This document shows positions 18,580-27,253 of a stretch of DNA of 64,000 nt, piece by piece. The DNA is from Myxococcales bacterium (GTDB lineage: Bacteria > Myxococcota > UBA727 > JABDBI01). The position numbers and the translations under genes are program-made. How positions within the stretch are numbered: position 1 is the stretch's first letter; each line of letters starts with the position of its first letter. The notes below the pieces were generated by a model, which was not told the DNA's origin, did no database searches, and saw only the letters and a program-made list of their open reading frames with translations. The DNA is taken from contig JAHFEG010000002.1 of assembly GCA_023248595.1 (NCBI GenBank), positions 51,825 through 115,824 on the forward strand, read 5' to 3'.

Positions 18580-19635
18580 TTATGATTTTTTATTTTTAAG
18601 TTCATAGACAAAATTCAAAACCTCAGCGACCGCTTCGTAAAGTTCTTCAGGAATTTCCTCTTCCAAATCTAGCTTATTTAATGCTTGCGCCAAGGGCACA
18701 TTTCTTAAAATTGGAATATCGTTTTTTCTCGCAATCTCTCTGATTTTTTCCGCATTTTTGCGCAGCCCCTTCGCGATAACCATGGGAGCAGTTTTCTTTT
18801 TTTTATCATACTGAATAGCAACAGCGATATGCGCAGGATTCGTCACCACCGCATCCGCATTTTTGACACGTTGTTGGCTACCATGCATCACCAGCTCTTG
18901 CGCAAGTCTTTTGCGCTCACCTTTTAACTCAGGGTCGCCTTCTGATTGCTTGTACTCTTGCTTAATTTCTTGTTTTGTCATCATCATGCTTTTTTTAAAA
19001 ACATGCTTTTGCCAAAAATAATCGGCACCAGCCACAACTAAAAATAAAGCGGTCACGCGAACACAAATATCCTTGATGATGACTCCAATAATTCCAAGCG
19101 ACGAGAATAAATCGAGCCGCTGCATCAAAATAATATTGGGCAAAGCATTCTTAAGCGCATAATAAACAACCATTGAAACCATGGAAAATTTCACGATTTG
19201 TTTTAAGACTTCTACCAACCGTTTTACACTAAATAGTTGCTTTAAACCTTGAATCGGATTTAACTTGTCCAATTTGGGTTTTAAGGGCTCGGTCGTCAAT
19301 AAAAAACCAACTTGCATATAATTGCCAGCAAGAGCTAGAACAAAAGCTGTCACTAAAACCGGCAAAGAAACTAAAACCCAGGTTTTCAACCCTTGGTTTA
19401 AAATTTCTGCAGCAGCCAAATCTAAATCCTGACGAGAAATTGCTTTCATGCTGGCAATAATAAAATCGCTCATCTCTTTGGCAACGATTGCTAAACTACC
19501 GGCTAATGCCGCAAAAGCGCCAGCAAAAACGATTGCAGAAACAAAATCCTGACTCTTAGAGACTTGCCCCTTCTCTTTTGCTTCACGAAGTTTCTGAGGA
19601 GTAGGTTCTTCGGTTTTTTCTCCGCTTTCTGCCAC
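18580..19635 (-). CDS. sctU: Type III secretion export-apparatus switch protein SctU (YscU/FlhB family)
   Basis: The N-terminus MAESGEKTEEPTPQKLREAKEKGQVSKSQDF is canonical for YscU/FlhB. Four TM helices follow, then a C-terminal autocleavage-region motif VVTNPAHIAVAI (NPTH-type). Confidence 0.85.
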   Translation of the reverse strand: MAESGEKTEEPTPQKLREAKEKGQVSKSQDFVSAIVFAGAFAALAGSLAIVAKEMSDFIIASMKAISRQDLDLAAAEILNQGLKTWVLVSLPVLVTAFVLALAGNYMQVGFLLTTEPLKPKLDKLNPIQGLKQLFSVKRLVEVLKQIVKFSMVSMVVYYALKNALPNIILMQRLDLFSSLGIIGVIIKDICVRVTALFLVVAGADYFWQKHVFKKSMMMTKQEIKQEYKQSEGDPELKGERKRLAQELVMHGSQQRVKNADAVVTNPAHIAVAIQYDKKKKTAPMVIAKGLRKNAEKIREIARKNDIPILRNVPLAQALNKLDLEEEIPEELYEAVAEVLNFVYELKNKKS

Positions 19636-19716
19636 GTGAAAAAATCCTCACATTAAAGTAATATTTATACGATACCGAAAAACAGTTTGAGACACCAGAT
19701 ATTTTCTTAAAAGCAA

Positions 19717-20838
19717 TTACTTTGCTTTCTCATTCAGAACTTGAATACGTTCATCAAAGCGAGATGAAGTGATCAGCTCTCCTCTCACTAGTGGCGTTAA
19801 AACCGATCGCGTTGTGCTTTCTTTTTGCGACAATGTTAGCAATTCACAAGGAGTACATACATAACGACGAACGACCCCTTCATGGAACATATTACCACTA
19901 ACGACTCGCCAATTTTCAACATCGTTTTCAGGTCGCTGCTCTTTTTTAGAAAGTAGCAAATAGCTATATTTCAGCATCGATTTATCAAAACCAATTATTT
20001 GATCAACCTTGGCACAAACAGCAGGCCGCCGCCAATTGAGCTCACCATGGCACCAATCAGTAGAGTTTTTAAGCAAAGGACATTGATCGATTCCTGTGCA
20101 AGGCGCTAAAATACTAACAGATGTCTCCTCAAACAAGGCATCACGCAAGGCCATGAGATCTCGCGAACAAACACGATTACCGGGTTCCACAATCAACATG
20201 CGGCCGCCATCCGACAGCATTTTAATTGCAGATAAAATTAAACTCATTTTTTTGGGTAAAAATCGACTAGAGCTACCAAACTCATTTAAAACATGTGACA
20301 AAATAACCAGGTCGAATGGTTCTTGAAAATCAAAAGACTGGGGCACGCCTAAATTGCCGCGCCGCAAAAAAATTTGCTGAGCTTCATCTTCTTCTAAAAA
20401 GGGCTTTAAAAATTCATAGCCAGAGCGCATGGGGCCGATTTCACGATCAACAGCAATGGCCCGCTTTAAAGGCCCGAAGGCTAGTCTAGAAGCCAAAACA
20501 CCAACGAGTGGGCCACTTCCTAAATCAAGCACACGCAAAGGCTTTTCAATAAAATCGGGTAAAGACCCCTCTTTAGCCAGGCGCTGCAGCAATAAGGCGA
20601 TTTTAGCTGCATACAAGGGCATATAATAGCCCATATAAGCTCGCCTTAATCCTGCATTTTTAAAATAACTAGCAATCGAGTCTGCCCGTTCCAAAGTCAG
20701 AACGCGCCAAAGTTTCTCAATATCTCCTATTAAATCAGAACGATGCAAGCGCTCTGCGTGGCGATAACTATTCGTAAATAACTGCTCGATGCGGTCTTCT
20801 AAAGTAGAAGGCTTATGGGATTGGCTAAAATTTGTCAT
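19717..20838 (-). CDS. Class I SAM-dependent methyltransferase, Rsm22-like
   Basis: Motif I is VLDLGSGPLVG. The Rossmann core is followed by a Cys-rich C-terminal region (CTGIDQCPL...CHGELNW...C), as in the Rsm22 family. Confidence 0.55.
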   Translation of the reverse strand: MTNFSQSHKPSTLEDRIEQLFTNSYRHAERLHRSDLIGDIEKLWRVLTLERADSIASYFKNAGLRRAYMGYYMPLYAAKIALLLQRLAKEGSLPDFIEKPLRVLDLGSGPLVGVLASRLAFGPLKRAIAVDREIGPMRSGYEFLKPFLEEDEAQQIFLRRGNLGVPQSFDFQEPFDLVILSHVLNEFGSSSRFLPKKMSLILSAIKMLSDGGRMLIVEPGNRVCSRDLMALRDALFEETSVSILAPCTGIDQCPLLKNSTDWCHGELNWRRPAVCAKVDQIIGFDKSMLKYSYLLLSKKEQRPENDVENWRVVSGNMFHEGVVRRYVCTPCELLTLSQKESTTRSVLTPLVRGELITSSRFDERIQVLNEKAK

Positions 20839-20859
20839 GTCTTACTATCTGAATCATAA

Positions 20860-21192
20860 GTGTTTTTAAATAAAAGCGCTAAAGGCACCTTTACTCTCGT
20901 GCTTGCCGATAGGATAATTGGACCTAAGAGAGTGGGAAAGGTATGCTTATTCTCTGGAGTAACTATGTGGGCATTATTTGAGCAGTTTCGATTCAATACA
21001 GTGCTTCCTGATATCTGGATCATTGAAGAACAGCTTCGCCAAGAACGAGAGAGGGAACGCTACCGAAGAGAATCAATTCCTCTTGAACTCCCAATCAGCC
21101 TTCCTGAACGGGAAGAGTATCCTAATCATAGTCACAAAAAAAATGAGGTTAAAGAAGAACGTGTAATTATTATTGACCTATCCTCCCTATAA
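20860..21192 (+). CDS. Questionable small charged protein
   Basis: This is the only ORF in a 370-bp gap. It is highly charged (RQERERERYRRE) and has no clear RBS. It may be non-coding. Confidence 0.2.
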   Translation: MFLNKSAKGTFTLVLADRIIGPKRVGKVCLFSGVTMWALFEQFRFNTVLPDIWIIEEQLRQERERERYRRESIPLELPISLPEREEYPNHSHKKNEVKEERVIIIDLSSL

Positions 21193-21207
21193 TATCTCCT
21201 TCTTCTT

Positions 21208-21777
21208 TTAAGCACGTTCAACATATTGCCCAGTGCGGGTATCAATCTTTACTTTATCGCCTTCATTTACAAACAATGGCACCTGCACCGTATAACCTGT
21301 TTGCATTTTTGCTGGCTTGGTCGCGCCACTCACAGTGTCCCCTCTAACGGCGGGAGCACATTCAGCGATTTGTAGAACAACATGGTTAGGAATTTCAATA
21401 TTCACGGCCTTGCCCTTATAAAACAAAAGCGACACCGGCATGCTTTCTACTAAAAAGTGGGCTGCGTCACCCAGCACTTTAACCGGCACTTCAAACTGAT
21501 CATACGATACTGGATCCATAAAATGAAAGATACCATCAACCATGTAAAGAAATTGAACTTCGCGTTCATTTAGATCGGGGCGTTCAACTTTGTCGCCGGA
21601 ACGAAATGTCGGGTCTGTCGTCATGCCTGTAATTAGATTCTTAAGCCGGGTGCGCACAATCGCAGCACCTTTCCCAGGCTTATGATGTTCAAACTCCACA
21701 ATCTCGTAAGGCTCATTTTGAAACATGATACGAAGCCCCCGACGAAAATCTGAAGTGGAAAACATGAAAACTCCCAA
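21208..21777 (-). CDS. efp: Elongation factor P
   Basis: The KPGKG loop (...EHHKPGKGAAIVRTRLKNLITG...) carries the modified Lys. The three-domain length is ~185 aa. The true start may be the second Met, at 21765. Confidence 0.85.
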   Translation of the reverse strand: MGVFMFSTSDFRRGLRIMFQNEPYEIVEFEHHKPGKGAAIVRTRLKNLITGMTTDPTFRSGDKVERPDLNEREVQFLYMVDGIFHFMDPVSYDQFEVPVKVLGDAAHFLVESMPVSLLFYKGKAVNIEIPNHVVLQIAECAPAVRGDTVSGATKPAKMQTGYTVQVPLFVNEGDKVKIDTRTGQYVERA

Positions 21778-21802
21778 ACAAATAGCAAATTGAAAGAAAG
21801 AA

Positions 21803-21832
21803 AAGACCTCTTGGGCTTTACACCAAGGTCTT
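21803..21832 (-). terminator. Possible terminator or attenuator hairpin between the pil cluster and efp
   Basis: An imperfect hairpin (AAGACC-tc-TTGG ...loop... CCAAGGTCTT) is followed on the minus strand by a U-rich tract (complement of GAAAGAAAGAAAAG). It has a bulge, and efp starts only ~25 nt downstream. Confidence 0.3.
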
Positions 21833-21867
21833 CAAATTGGCTATCCTTGTTTTTGTTTGGCTTCTGG

Positions 21868-22824
21868 TCAGTCTTGATCACAGACAACTTGGCATTTAAA
21901 ACCACGTTCTTTATCTAGAGCACCCGCAGTAAATACACGGATAATTTTGCCTGTCTGACTGTAATTGAGACCTGTAACCTGTAAAACAGCATGAAATGCA
22001 TCTTGCCAAGGAACTTTGTTCAATTGGATGCTCACTCGACCAACAATATTATTGCCAAAAACAATATTGCTTCCACTCGCTTTTGCCATAAAACGTAAAA
22101 CATTACGAAGCTCTGCATCACGAAAATCAATAGAGATTAATTTCTGGCTAAGCGGCGATGATGATTTTAAAATTTGCTTTTTCTTCACCACTTCTGGCAG
22201 TTGGCTAATCGGTGCACTATTTTGGGAAACAGGAGCAACCAAAATTGTATCAGATCTCAAAGAAGATGCAGTGAAAACAATTTGAAGTCCCAAATTGTTT
22301 TGCACAACCTGATAATTGGGAAGTGCCTGACTAAAGAAATCGATGACGACACGTGTTTTTTCTGCATGTGTCCCTATGCGAATATTTCCAAACTTGAAAC
22401 GTTGTAGCTTTTTGAGCCTCTTAGTTGAAGATACATCTAACAAATCAACAACTAAGCGCACAGGATTTTCTAAATTTTGTGTTTCAAAACGCAGGGCAGA
22501 GTTTTTCACAATTAAATTTAAAGTTACCCCAGTCTTTGTTTCGCTAGACTGAATTGCTATCAACAAATTTTTGGCTGATGAATTTCGCGAAGTAATCGGC
22601 ACCATCAAAGGCGGAGAAGGAACGGTTACCATAGGCGCAGGGGCAAGATTAGTCTGCGTATCTGGCTCTGGAGAATTGACAGGTTCATTGATTGCAAAAT
22701 TAATCGGCATAATTGGGGCTTGTTCATCAGACTGCAACAAGATCGAGCGCTGCCCAAAAGTCGAGATTGGTAGGAAAACTACAAAAGCGATTACCCAGAT
22801 ATTCACTCGCTTAATTCGATTCAC
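21868..22824 (-). CDS. PilQ N-terminal-like protein (AMIN-like + secretin-N domains) lacking the secretin beta-barrel
   Basis: It has a signal peptide and an AMIN-like segment (NPVRLVVDLLDVSS...RIGTHAEKTRVVIDF). A Secretin_N-type segment follows (ISIDFRDAELRNVLRFMAKASGSNIVFGNNIVGRVSIQLNKVPWQDAFHAVLQVTGLNYSQTGKIIRV). The ORF ends ~20 aa later, and there is no room for a secretin domain before efp. Confidence 0.55.
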   Translation of the reverse strand: MNRIKRVNIWVIAFVVFLPISTFGQRSILLQSDEQAPIMPINFAINEPVNSPEPDTQTNLAPAPMVTVPSPPLMVPITSRNSSAKNLLIAIQSSETKTGVTLNLIVKNSALRFETQNLENPVRLVVDLLDVSSTKRLKKLQRFKFGNIRIGTHAEKTRVVIDFFSQALPNYQVVQNNLGLQIVFTASSLRSDTILVAPVSQNSAPISQLPEVVKKKQILKSSSPLSQKLISIDFRDAELRNVLRFMAKASGSNIVFGNNIVGRVSIQLNKVPWQDAFHAVLQVTGLNYSQTGKIIRVFTAGALDKERGFKCQVVCDQD

Positions 22825-22835
22825 TTTAATCCCCC

Positions 22836-23441
22836 TTAGTGCACGAGCTTTAATGTGATGTAAGTGCTCTGCCCTTCTTTGATCACGATCTGATTGGACT
22901 GAACAGATTCGACACGCCCAGAATTTTTGCCAATTTGGCTTCCCACTTTTAGCGTATAGCCAACACCTGACGGATCCTCAATCAATGCTAACGCAATGCC
23001 ACCTTGCATCAGAAATCCAACATATTTGTAAGTCTCCGCATCAAAATCAAGCAAAGCCGATTCTCTTTCTTGGTGCATCTCTTCTTCGCTGGCAGAAGCT
23101 AAATAACTTGAAAATGGATCGCGAAACAGTGGTTTTTGTTCAACAGGGAGGTTTTTTTTAGAAAGATCCAAACTCGTTACCTGCTCTTTGGCAAGAACTT
23201 TAGGAGTCAATGTAACGAGCGGCAAAAACACGCTATTATTCACAATAGGTATCCGCAAAGCCGATGATTCTACAGATTGAGAAGTCAGCTTGTCTCTAAC
23301 GAGTGTTTTGCCAGAAGGAGAAAACTCTATTTTTTCGGGTAAATCAACAGTCACCACGTTTTCAACGTCAGATGCACCTTCTTTTGTACAAGACATTCCT
23401 GCTAATAATACCAAGATACCAAATGCCCTAAATAAAATCAC
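22836..23441 (-). CDS. pilP: PilP-like lipoprotein
   Basis: It has a lipobox (LLAGMSC). The C-terminal domain ...RDPFSSYL...YKYVGFLMQGGIALALIEDPSGVGYTLKVGSQIGKNSGRVESVQSNQIVIK... matches the PilP beta-domain pattern. Confidence 0.5.
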   Translation of the reverse strand: MILFRAFGILVLLAGMSCTKEGASDVENVVTVDLPEKIEFSPSGKTLVRDKLTSQSVESSALRIPIVNNSVFLPLVTLTPKVLAKEQVTSLDLSKKNLPVEQKPLFRDPFSSYLASASEEEMHQERESALLDFDAETYKYVGFLMQGGIALALIEDPSGVGYTLKVGSQIGKNSGRVESVQSNQIVIKEGQSTYITLKLVH

Positions 23442-24028
23442 GACATCTGCCCCCGATAAGCCGCTAACGTTAAAGTAATAGTAAGCATCGTATGATCTTC
23501 TGCAGAGGAGAAAACAGTTAGATGCATATTTTTGACAGTTGTCAGGCGAGACAAACCAATCAGTCCTTCCAAAAATTGCACTAAATTTTCATACTTCCCA
23601 GTTAAGGTCATCATGATGGGAATCTCAACCACTAAACCTAAAGATTGCTCTTGCTTCTCTTCAAAATTCAGAAGAACCATGTTCGCTAAATTGGCTTCGG
23701 TTGCAACTGCCTCTAAAAGATCAGAAATATCAGCGGTATTTGGAATTGCCTGCTCTGGATTTAAATTCGCCATATGAATGAGCAATTGATTCTTCAATGC
23801 ACCATATTTTTCTGGATGACTTAAATGCGCCAATAATTTTTCGCGTTTCACTAATTGAGTTAAAATTCTTTGCTTCATTTTCCATTTTTCACGCAAAAAA
23901 CCAAAATAAAAGCCCCCCCAAACAGCAGTGGTCAAAAACACTGAAACAAGAGCGATGACTACAACAGAAATGTGGGAAGAGCGCACCGATGCAACTAATG
24001 TTTTAGGCAAAACTGGTTTAGTCATCAC
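23438..24028 (-). CDS. pilO: PilO-like inner-membrane protein
   Basis: It has an N-terminal TM and a coiled coil. The sequence ...IPNTADISDLLEAVATEANLANMVLLNFE...TGKYENLVQFLEGLIGLSRLTTVKNMHL... fits PilO/GspM-type topology and motifs. Its start and stop overlap both neighbours. Confidence 0.55.
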   Translation of the reverse strand: MMTKPVLPKTLVASVRSSHISVVVIALVSVFLTTAVWGGFYFGFLREKWKMKQRILTQLVKREKLLAHLSHPEKYGALKNQLLIHMANLNPEQAIPNTADISDLLEAVATEANLANMVLLNFEEKQEQSLGLVVEIPIMMTLTGKYENLVQFLEGLIGLSRLTTVKNMHLTVFSSAEDHTMLTITLTLAAYRGQMS

Positions 24029-24515
24029 GCCCTCCTTTCAATGCGCATACCAATTTAAATTGATACACATTGCTATTTTTTATTTTTTTAGACTGCGTTG
24101 AAGTCAGACTAACAGTCGAAAACACAGGATTTTTAGACAACATACTGATAAAATCAGCTAGAATATCATTCGACACTGCATAACCATTAAGCACAACATT
24201 TTTTTCTGTCTGCAACCATTCTGTTAACCAGACTTTTTTTGGAATCGCCAAAGATACAGCAGAAAGCAATTGCTTCTCAATGCCCCTTTCTTTTTCAAGT
24301 TGCTCTATCAATTGTTCTTTTGCTTGAAGCATATCGTGACTGGAAACAGTCGAATTCATTTGCTGGCCCAGATGACTAAATTGATTAATTTCTTGCTGCG
24401 CCTGCAATACTTGGCGATTCTTATTGTCAATTTGGTGGGAAATATAAAAATAGACAGTTGTCATCGCAACAGCATTCACAATTAAGACAATTATTATAAT
24501 CAAAAAATAGCGCAC
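24018..24515 (-). CDS. pilN: PilN-like inner-membrane protein
   Basis: It has an N-terminal TM and a coiled coil. The segments ...KKVWLTEW...VLNGYAVSNDILADFISML...YQFKLVCAL fit the PilN pattern. Confidence 0.55.
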   Translation of the reverse strand: MRYFLIIIIVLIVNAVAMTTVYFYISHQIDNKNRQVLQAQQEINQFSHLGQQMNSTVSSHDMLQAKEQLIEQLEKERGIEKQLLSAVSLAIPKKVWLTEWLQTEKNVVLNGYAVSNDILADFISMLSKNPVFSTVSLTSTQSKKIKNSNVYQFKLVCALKGGRDD

Positions 24516-24575
24516 AGGGATATTCTCATTATGTTTATAAATTAAGCCTAATAATTTGCTTACATTACAACCATT

Positions 24576-25445
24576 CTACCAGTTTCCTAAAAAGATGGCT
24601 AATTCTTGGCTCATCTTAGAAATTTGGTGTCCCCATAATGCCACTTCTAGGCCTGCTAAAGCAAGAAACGGTCCAAAAAAAATAGCTTGCGCTGGTGGCT
24701 GCCAACCATCTTTTGTAGGCGTTATCTGCGGCTTAATAATTAAAAAAGCAATAATCCCCTGAATACATGCCAATAAAATAACATACGGCAATCCCAAGAT
24801 ACCCACGTAGGCGCCTATCCCTGCCAAAAGCCAAGGGTCACCCCATCCCATCGCAAATTCATCTGACTTTAACCGACCGAGGCGTCTTAAAACCCATGTA
24901 GAAGCGATTAAAAATGCAGCAAAGAATGAGAAACCAAAGACGCTTCCTAAAACGCGTGCTCCAAACTGTACAGATTGATAAGAAGAATCGTTTTGCCAGC
25001 TACTTATTCCACCAAAAACAAGGCCCGTCACAATTAAAAATACAGGTAACGATAAAGGAATTAACCAGGTATCTATGTCAATGAAAGCAATCGCTATTAA
25101 GATAGCAATGAAAATAAATAATTCTAAAGTCACCCACTGGAAACCGAATTGAAGCCACAATGCTAAAGCAAAACCGCCCATTACCAATTCAATAAAAGGA
25201 AGGCGTCCAGATATAGATGTTTTACAGTAACGACATCGACCCCCCAAAACAAACCAGGAAACGATGGGAATTAAATCGTAATAAGCGATAGAGCATTTGC
25301 AACTCATACAATGTGATCGCGGCCATAAAATTGACATCCCTACGAGCGGAAAACGCAAAATAACCACGCCTAAGAAACTTCCAACAATTGTACCAATGAT
25401 AAAGAAAAGGAAGACAAGCCCAATTTCAAAAAACGAAAAAACCAT
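24576..25445 (-). CDS. pilD: Prepilin peptidase (A24 family)
   Basis: It has the N-terminal Zn tetracysteine motif (CMSCKCSIAYYDLIPIVSWFVLGGRCRYCK), and the polytopic A24 peptidase body with conserved Asp-containing loops. Confidence 0.8.
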   Translation of the reverse strand: MVFSFFEIGLVFLFFIIGTIVGSFLGVVILRFPLVGMSILWPRSHCMSCKCSIAYYDLIPIVSWFVLGGRCRYCKTSISGRLPFIELVMGGFALALWLQFGFQWVTLELFIFIAILIAIAFIDIDTWLIPLSLPVFLIVTGLVFGGISSWQNDSSYQSVQFGARVLGSVFGFSFFAAFLIASTWVLRRLGRLKSDEFAMGWGDPWLLAGIGAYVGILGLPYVILLACIQGIIAFLIIKPQITPTKDGWQPPAQAIFFGPFLALAGLEVALWGHQISKMSQELAIFLGNW

Positions 25446-25447
25446 AT

Positions 25448-26248
25448 TTAATTAGCCTCGTCCGTTTTTGTACCATGCTTTTCCAAATGATGATTCAATT
25501 GGTAAAGTGAAATCGCTGCACACATTCTCACTTTTCGCGAACCGTCTTGTAAAAGTGAGCGCAGAGCCATAACCACGGTTTCATTTTGACCAGGATGACG
25601 TTGAAATTTAAGCAAGCTTAAAGCCCGAGCAGCATAAGCACGAACATCTTCATCTTGAAACGTCACTGCATCCAAAAGAATATCCAGCGCGCGCTCATCG
25701 CCGATTTTCCCCAAAGCCTCACAAGCATTCGCGGGCACAAAATGATGCTTGATTGCTGAAATAAGAAATGGCAAAGCTAAAACATTTTTGCACTGCCCAA
25801 GCGCCCAGGCCACTGCAGCTCCCACTTCCGGATCATCTGTTACAAATGCTTTGACAAGTTCGATGCTTGCTCTGCCATCTTCCAAACGCCCTAAAGTCAG
25901 AGCAGCGCCAATGACCACTTGGCGATCTGGATGATGCAAACTAGCCATTAAATCCTGTAACATATCTCCTTCACCCATGCGAATAAGCGCAATGGCAACC
26001 TGAATGCGAACTTGCCTTTCAGGATCTTTTAGCAAGGGATACATTAAAGCAATTGCTTTTGATTCTCTTTGACAACCTAAAATTTCAACAGCATCAGAAC
26101 GCATACTCGCATCAGGATGTTTTAAATAAAACATTAACTGCTCACATGTTAGTTCACGACGTTCAATACGACTAACCAATTTATTTTGCAAAGAAATATT
26201 TAATGAAAAAGTTGCCATGTCATATCCAGAGACTGCCTTTTTATCCAA
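25448..26248 (-). CDS. HEAT-repeat (PBS-lyase-like) protein
   Basis: About 30-aa repeat units of the form ...VR..A..ALG.. recur (ASMRSDAVEILG, ERQVRIQVAIALIRMG, DRQVVIGAALTLGRL, EDVRAYAARALSLL, SRKVRMCAAISL). It abuts pilD. Confidence 0.55.
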   Translation of the reverse strand: MDKKAVSGYDMATFSLNISLQNKLVSRIERRELTCEQLMFYLKHPDASMRSDAVEILGCQRESKAIALMYPLLKDPERQVRIQVAIALIRMGEGDMLQDLMASLHHPDRQVVIGAALTLGRLEDGRASIELVKAFVTDDPEVGAAVAWALGQCKNVLALPFLISAIKHHFVPANACEALGKIGDERALDILLDAVTFQDEDVRAYAARALSLLKFQRHPGQNETVVMALRSLLQDGSRKVRMCAAISLYQLNHHLEKHGTKTDEAN

Positions 26249-26339
26249 GACAATAAGACACCTTTTCTATAACACTTGAAAAAAAATATCCCTCTAAAAA
26301 AGAGAGATATCTAAAATAAATTATTTCTATTTTATAACT

Positions 26340-26948
26340 TTAAGCAGCTTTGCGTTTTGCTTTTTTACGTGCTGCCGGCTTTTTGGCAGGTGCTTTCGCC
26401 TTGGCTTTCTTTTTGGCAGGCGCTTTATGCTTTTTGGCAGGCGCTTTTGCTTTAGCCTTAGCTTTCACTTTGCCGCCTTTTTTCTTGACGACTTTCTTTT
26501 TACCTTTTGCTTTTTTCTTGACTGCAGCTGCTTTTTTCTTGACTGCAGCTGTTTTTTTCTTGACTGCAGCTGCTTTTTTCTTAGCCGCTGCTGCTTTTTT
26601 CTTAGCCGCTGCCTTTAGTTTTGCTGCTGCTTTTTTCTTTTTAGCAACTAATTTCTTTTTCAATAAAATTGCACGCTGAGCTGCTGTTTTACGTCGGCGC
26701 TTGCCCTTTCTTGCAGTACCGCCACGGCTAGCTTTTACACGTGAAATGTCGCCTTGTTTATCTACATAATAAAGATAATTTTCATCACGTTTCAGGTCAG
26801 TTTTTTGAACAACTTCAGGATTTTCACCTTTCTTTTTCTTTTCTCCGCCCCGAACCATCTTTGCTCGATAAATATTCAAATTTTTATCAAGATAATATAA
26901 CCAACCTTTTTTACGTTCCACGCCTGTGCGTAATACTTTTTCAGCCAT
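26340..26948 (-). CDS. Histone H1-like Lys/Ala-rich nucleoid-associated protein with two N-terminal WLYY/YLYY repeats
   Basis: The C-terminal ~110 aa are AKKK/AAAKKK repeats (compare Hc1/Hc2, AlgP and BpH1 tails). The N-terminus has two ~35-aa repeats (KKGWLYYLDKNLNIYRAKMVRGG and ENYLYYVDKQGDISRVKASRGG). The start is set at the ATG, 26948, which is 9 nt after AAGGAG. The ORF track begins 9 nt further upstream, at 26957. Confidence 0.6.
   Translation of the reverse strand: MAEKVLRTGVERKKGWLYYLDKNLNIYRAKMVRGGEKKKKGENPEVVQKTDLKRDENYLYYVDKQGDISRVKASRGGTARKGKRRRKTAAQRAILLKKKLVAKKKKAAAKLKAAAKKKAAAAKKKAAAVKKKTAAVKKKAAAVKKKAKGKKKVVKKKGGKVKAKAKAKAPAKKHKAPAKKKAKAKAPAKKPAARKKAKRKAA
26511..26613. repeat. 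Intragenic tandem repeat (three 21-nt units, then two variant ~20-nt units) encoding the KKAAAVKKK-type tail
   Basis: TTTTTTCTTGACTGCAGCTGC occurs three times. Two copies of TTTTTTCTTAGCCGCTGC(TGC) follow directly. Confidence 0.8.
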
Positions 26949-27253
26949 TGTATCCATCTCCTTAAATCCGGATGAAGCTCCGGCGAGCTCGTTGCAAAAG
27001 TAGCTAAAGCCACCCCGCTTTCAATCTCTATCCTCTCGCAACAGCACACCTCTGGTCGATTCATGTCTTGTTTTTCTTTTTAGAGTAAAGCTTTCGCTTT
27101 TATCGACATCCGTATTCTTAACTTCTTTATAATTTTAACGATAAATAAAAATGCAAATTTGCAAATAAATATAACTAGTTATGCTTAAATTTTAATTAAA
27201 TTAAATCCTTTTTACCTCCTCTTTTTTTTTGATTTCTATCGAACAACACACCA

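Noticed and set aside
20860-21192. 110-aa ORF in the efp-methyltransferase intergenic gap
   Set aside because: It is kept only as a low-confidence feature. It has no RBS, and its charged low-complexity composition may come from translating an AT-rich promoter region.
26511-26613. Tandem direct repeats, considered as a possible CRISPR array
   Set aside because: The units are 21 nt, contiguous without spacers, and lie inside a coding sequence. This is an intragenic coding repeat, not a CRISPR.
26350-26679. 109-aa plus-strand ORF rich in Ala/Phe/Leu, and a second one at 26427-26618
   Set aside because: Both are mirror-strand artefacts of the Lys/Ala-coding tandem repeats of the histone-like gene: KKK/AAA codons read as FFF/AAA on the other strand. 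Neither has an RBS.
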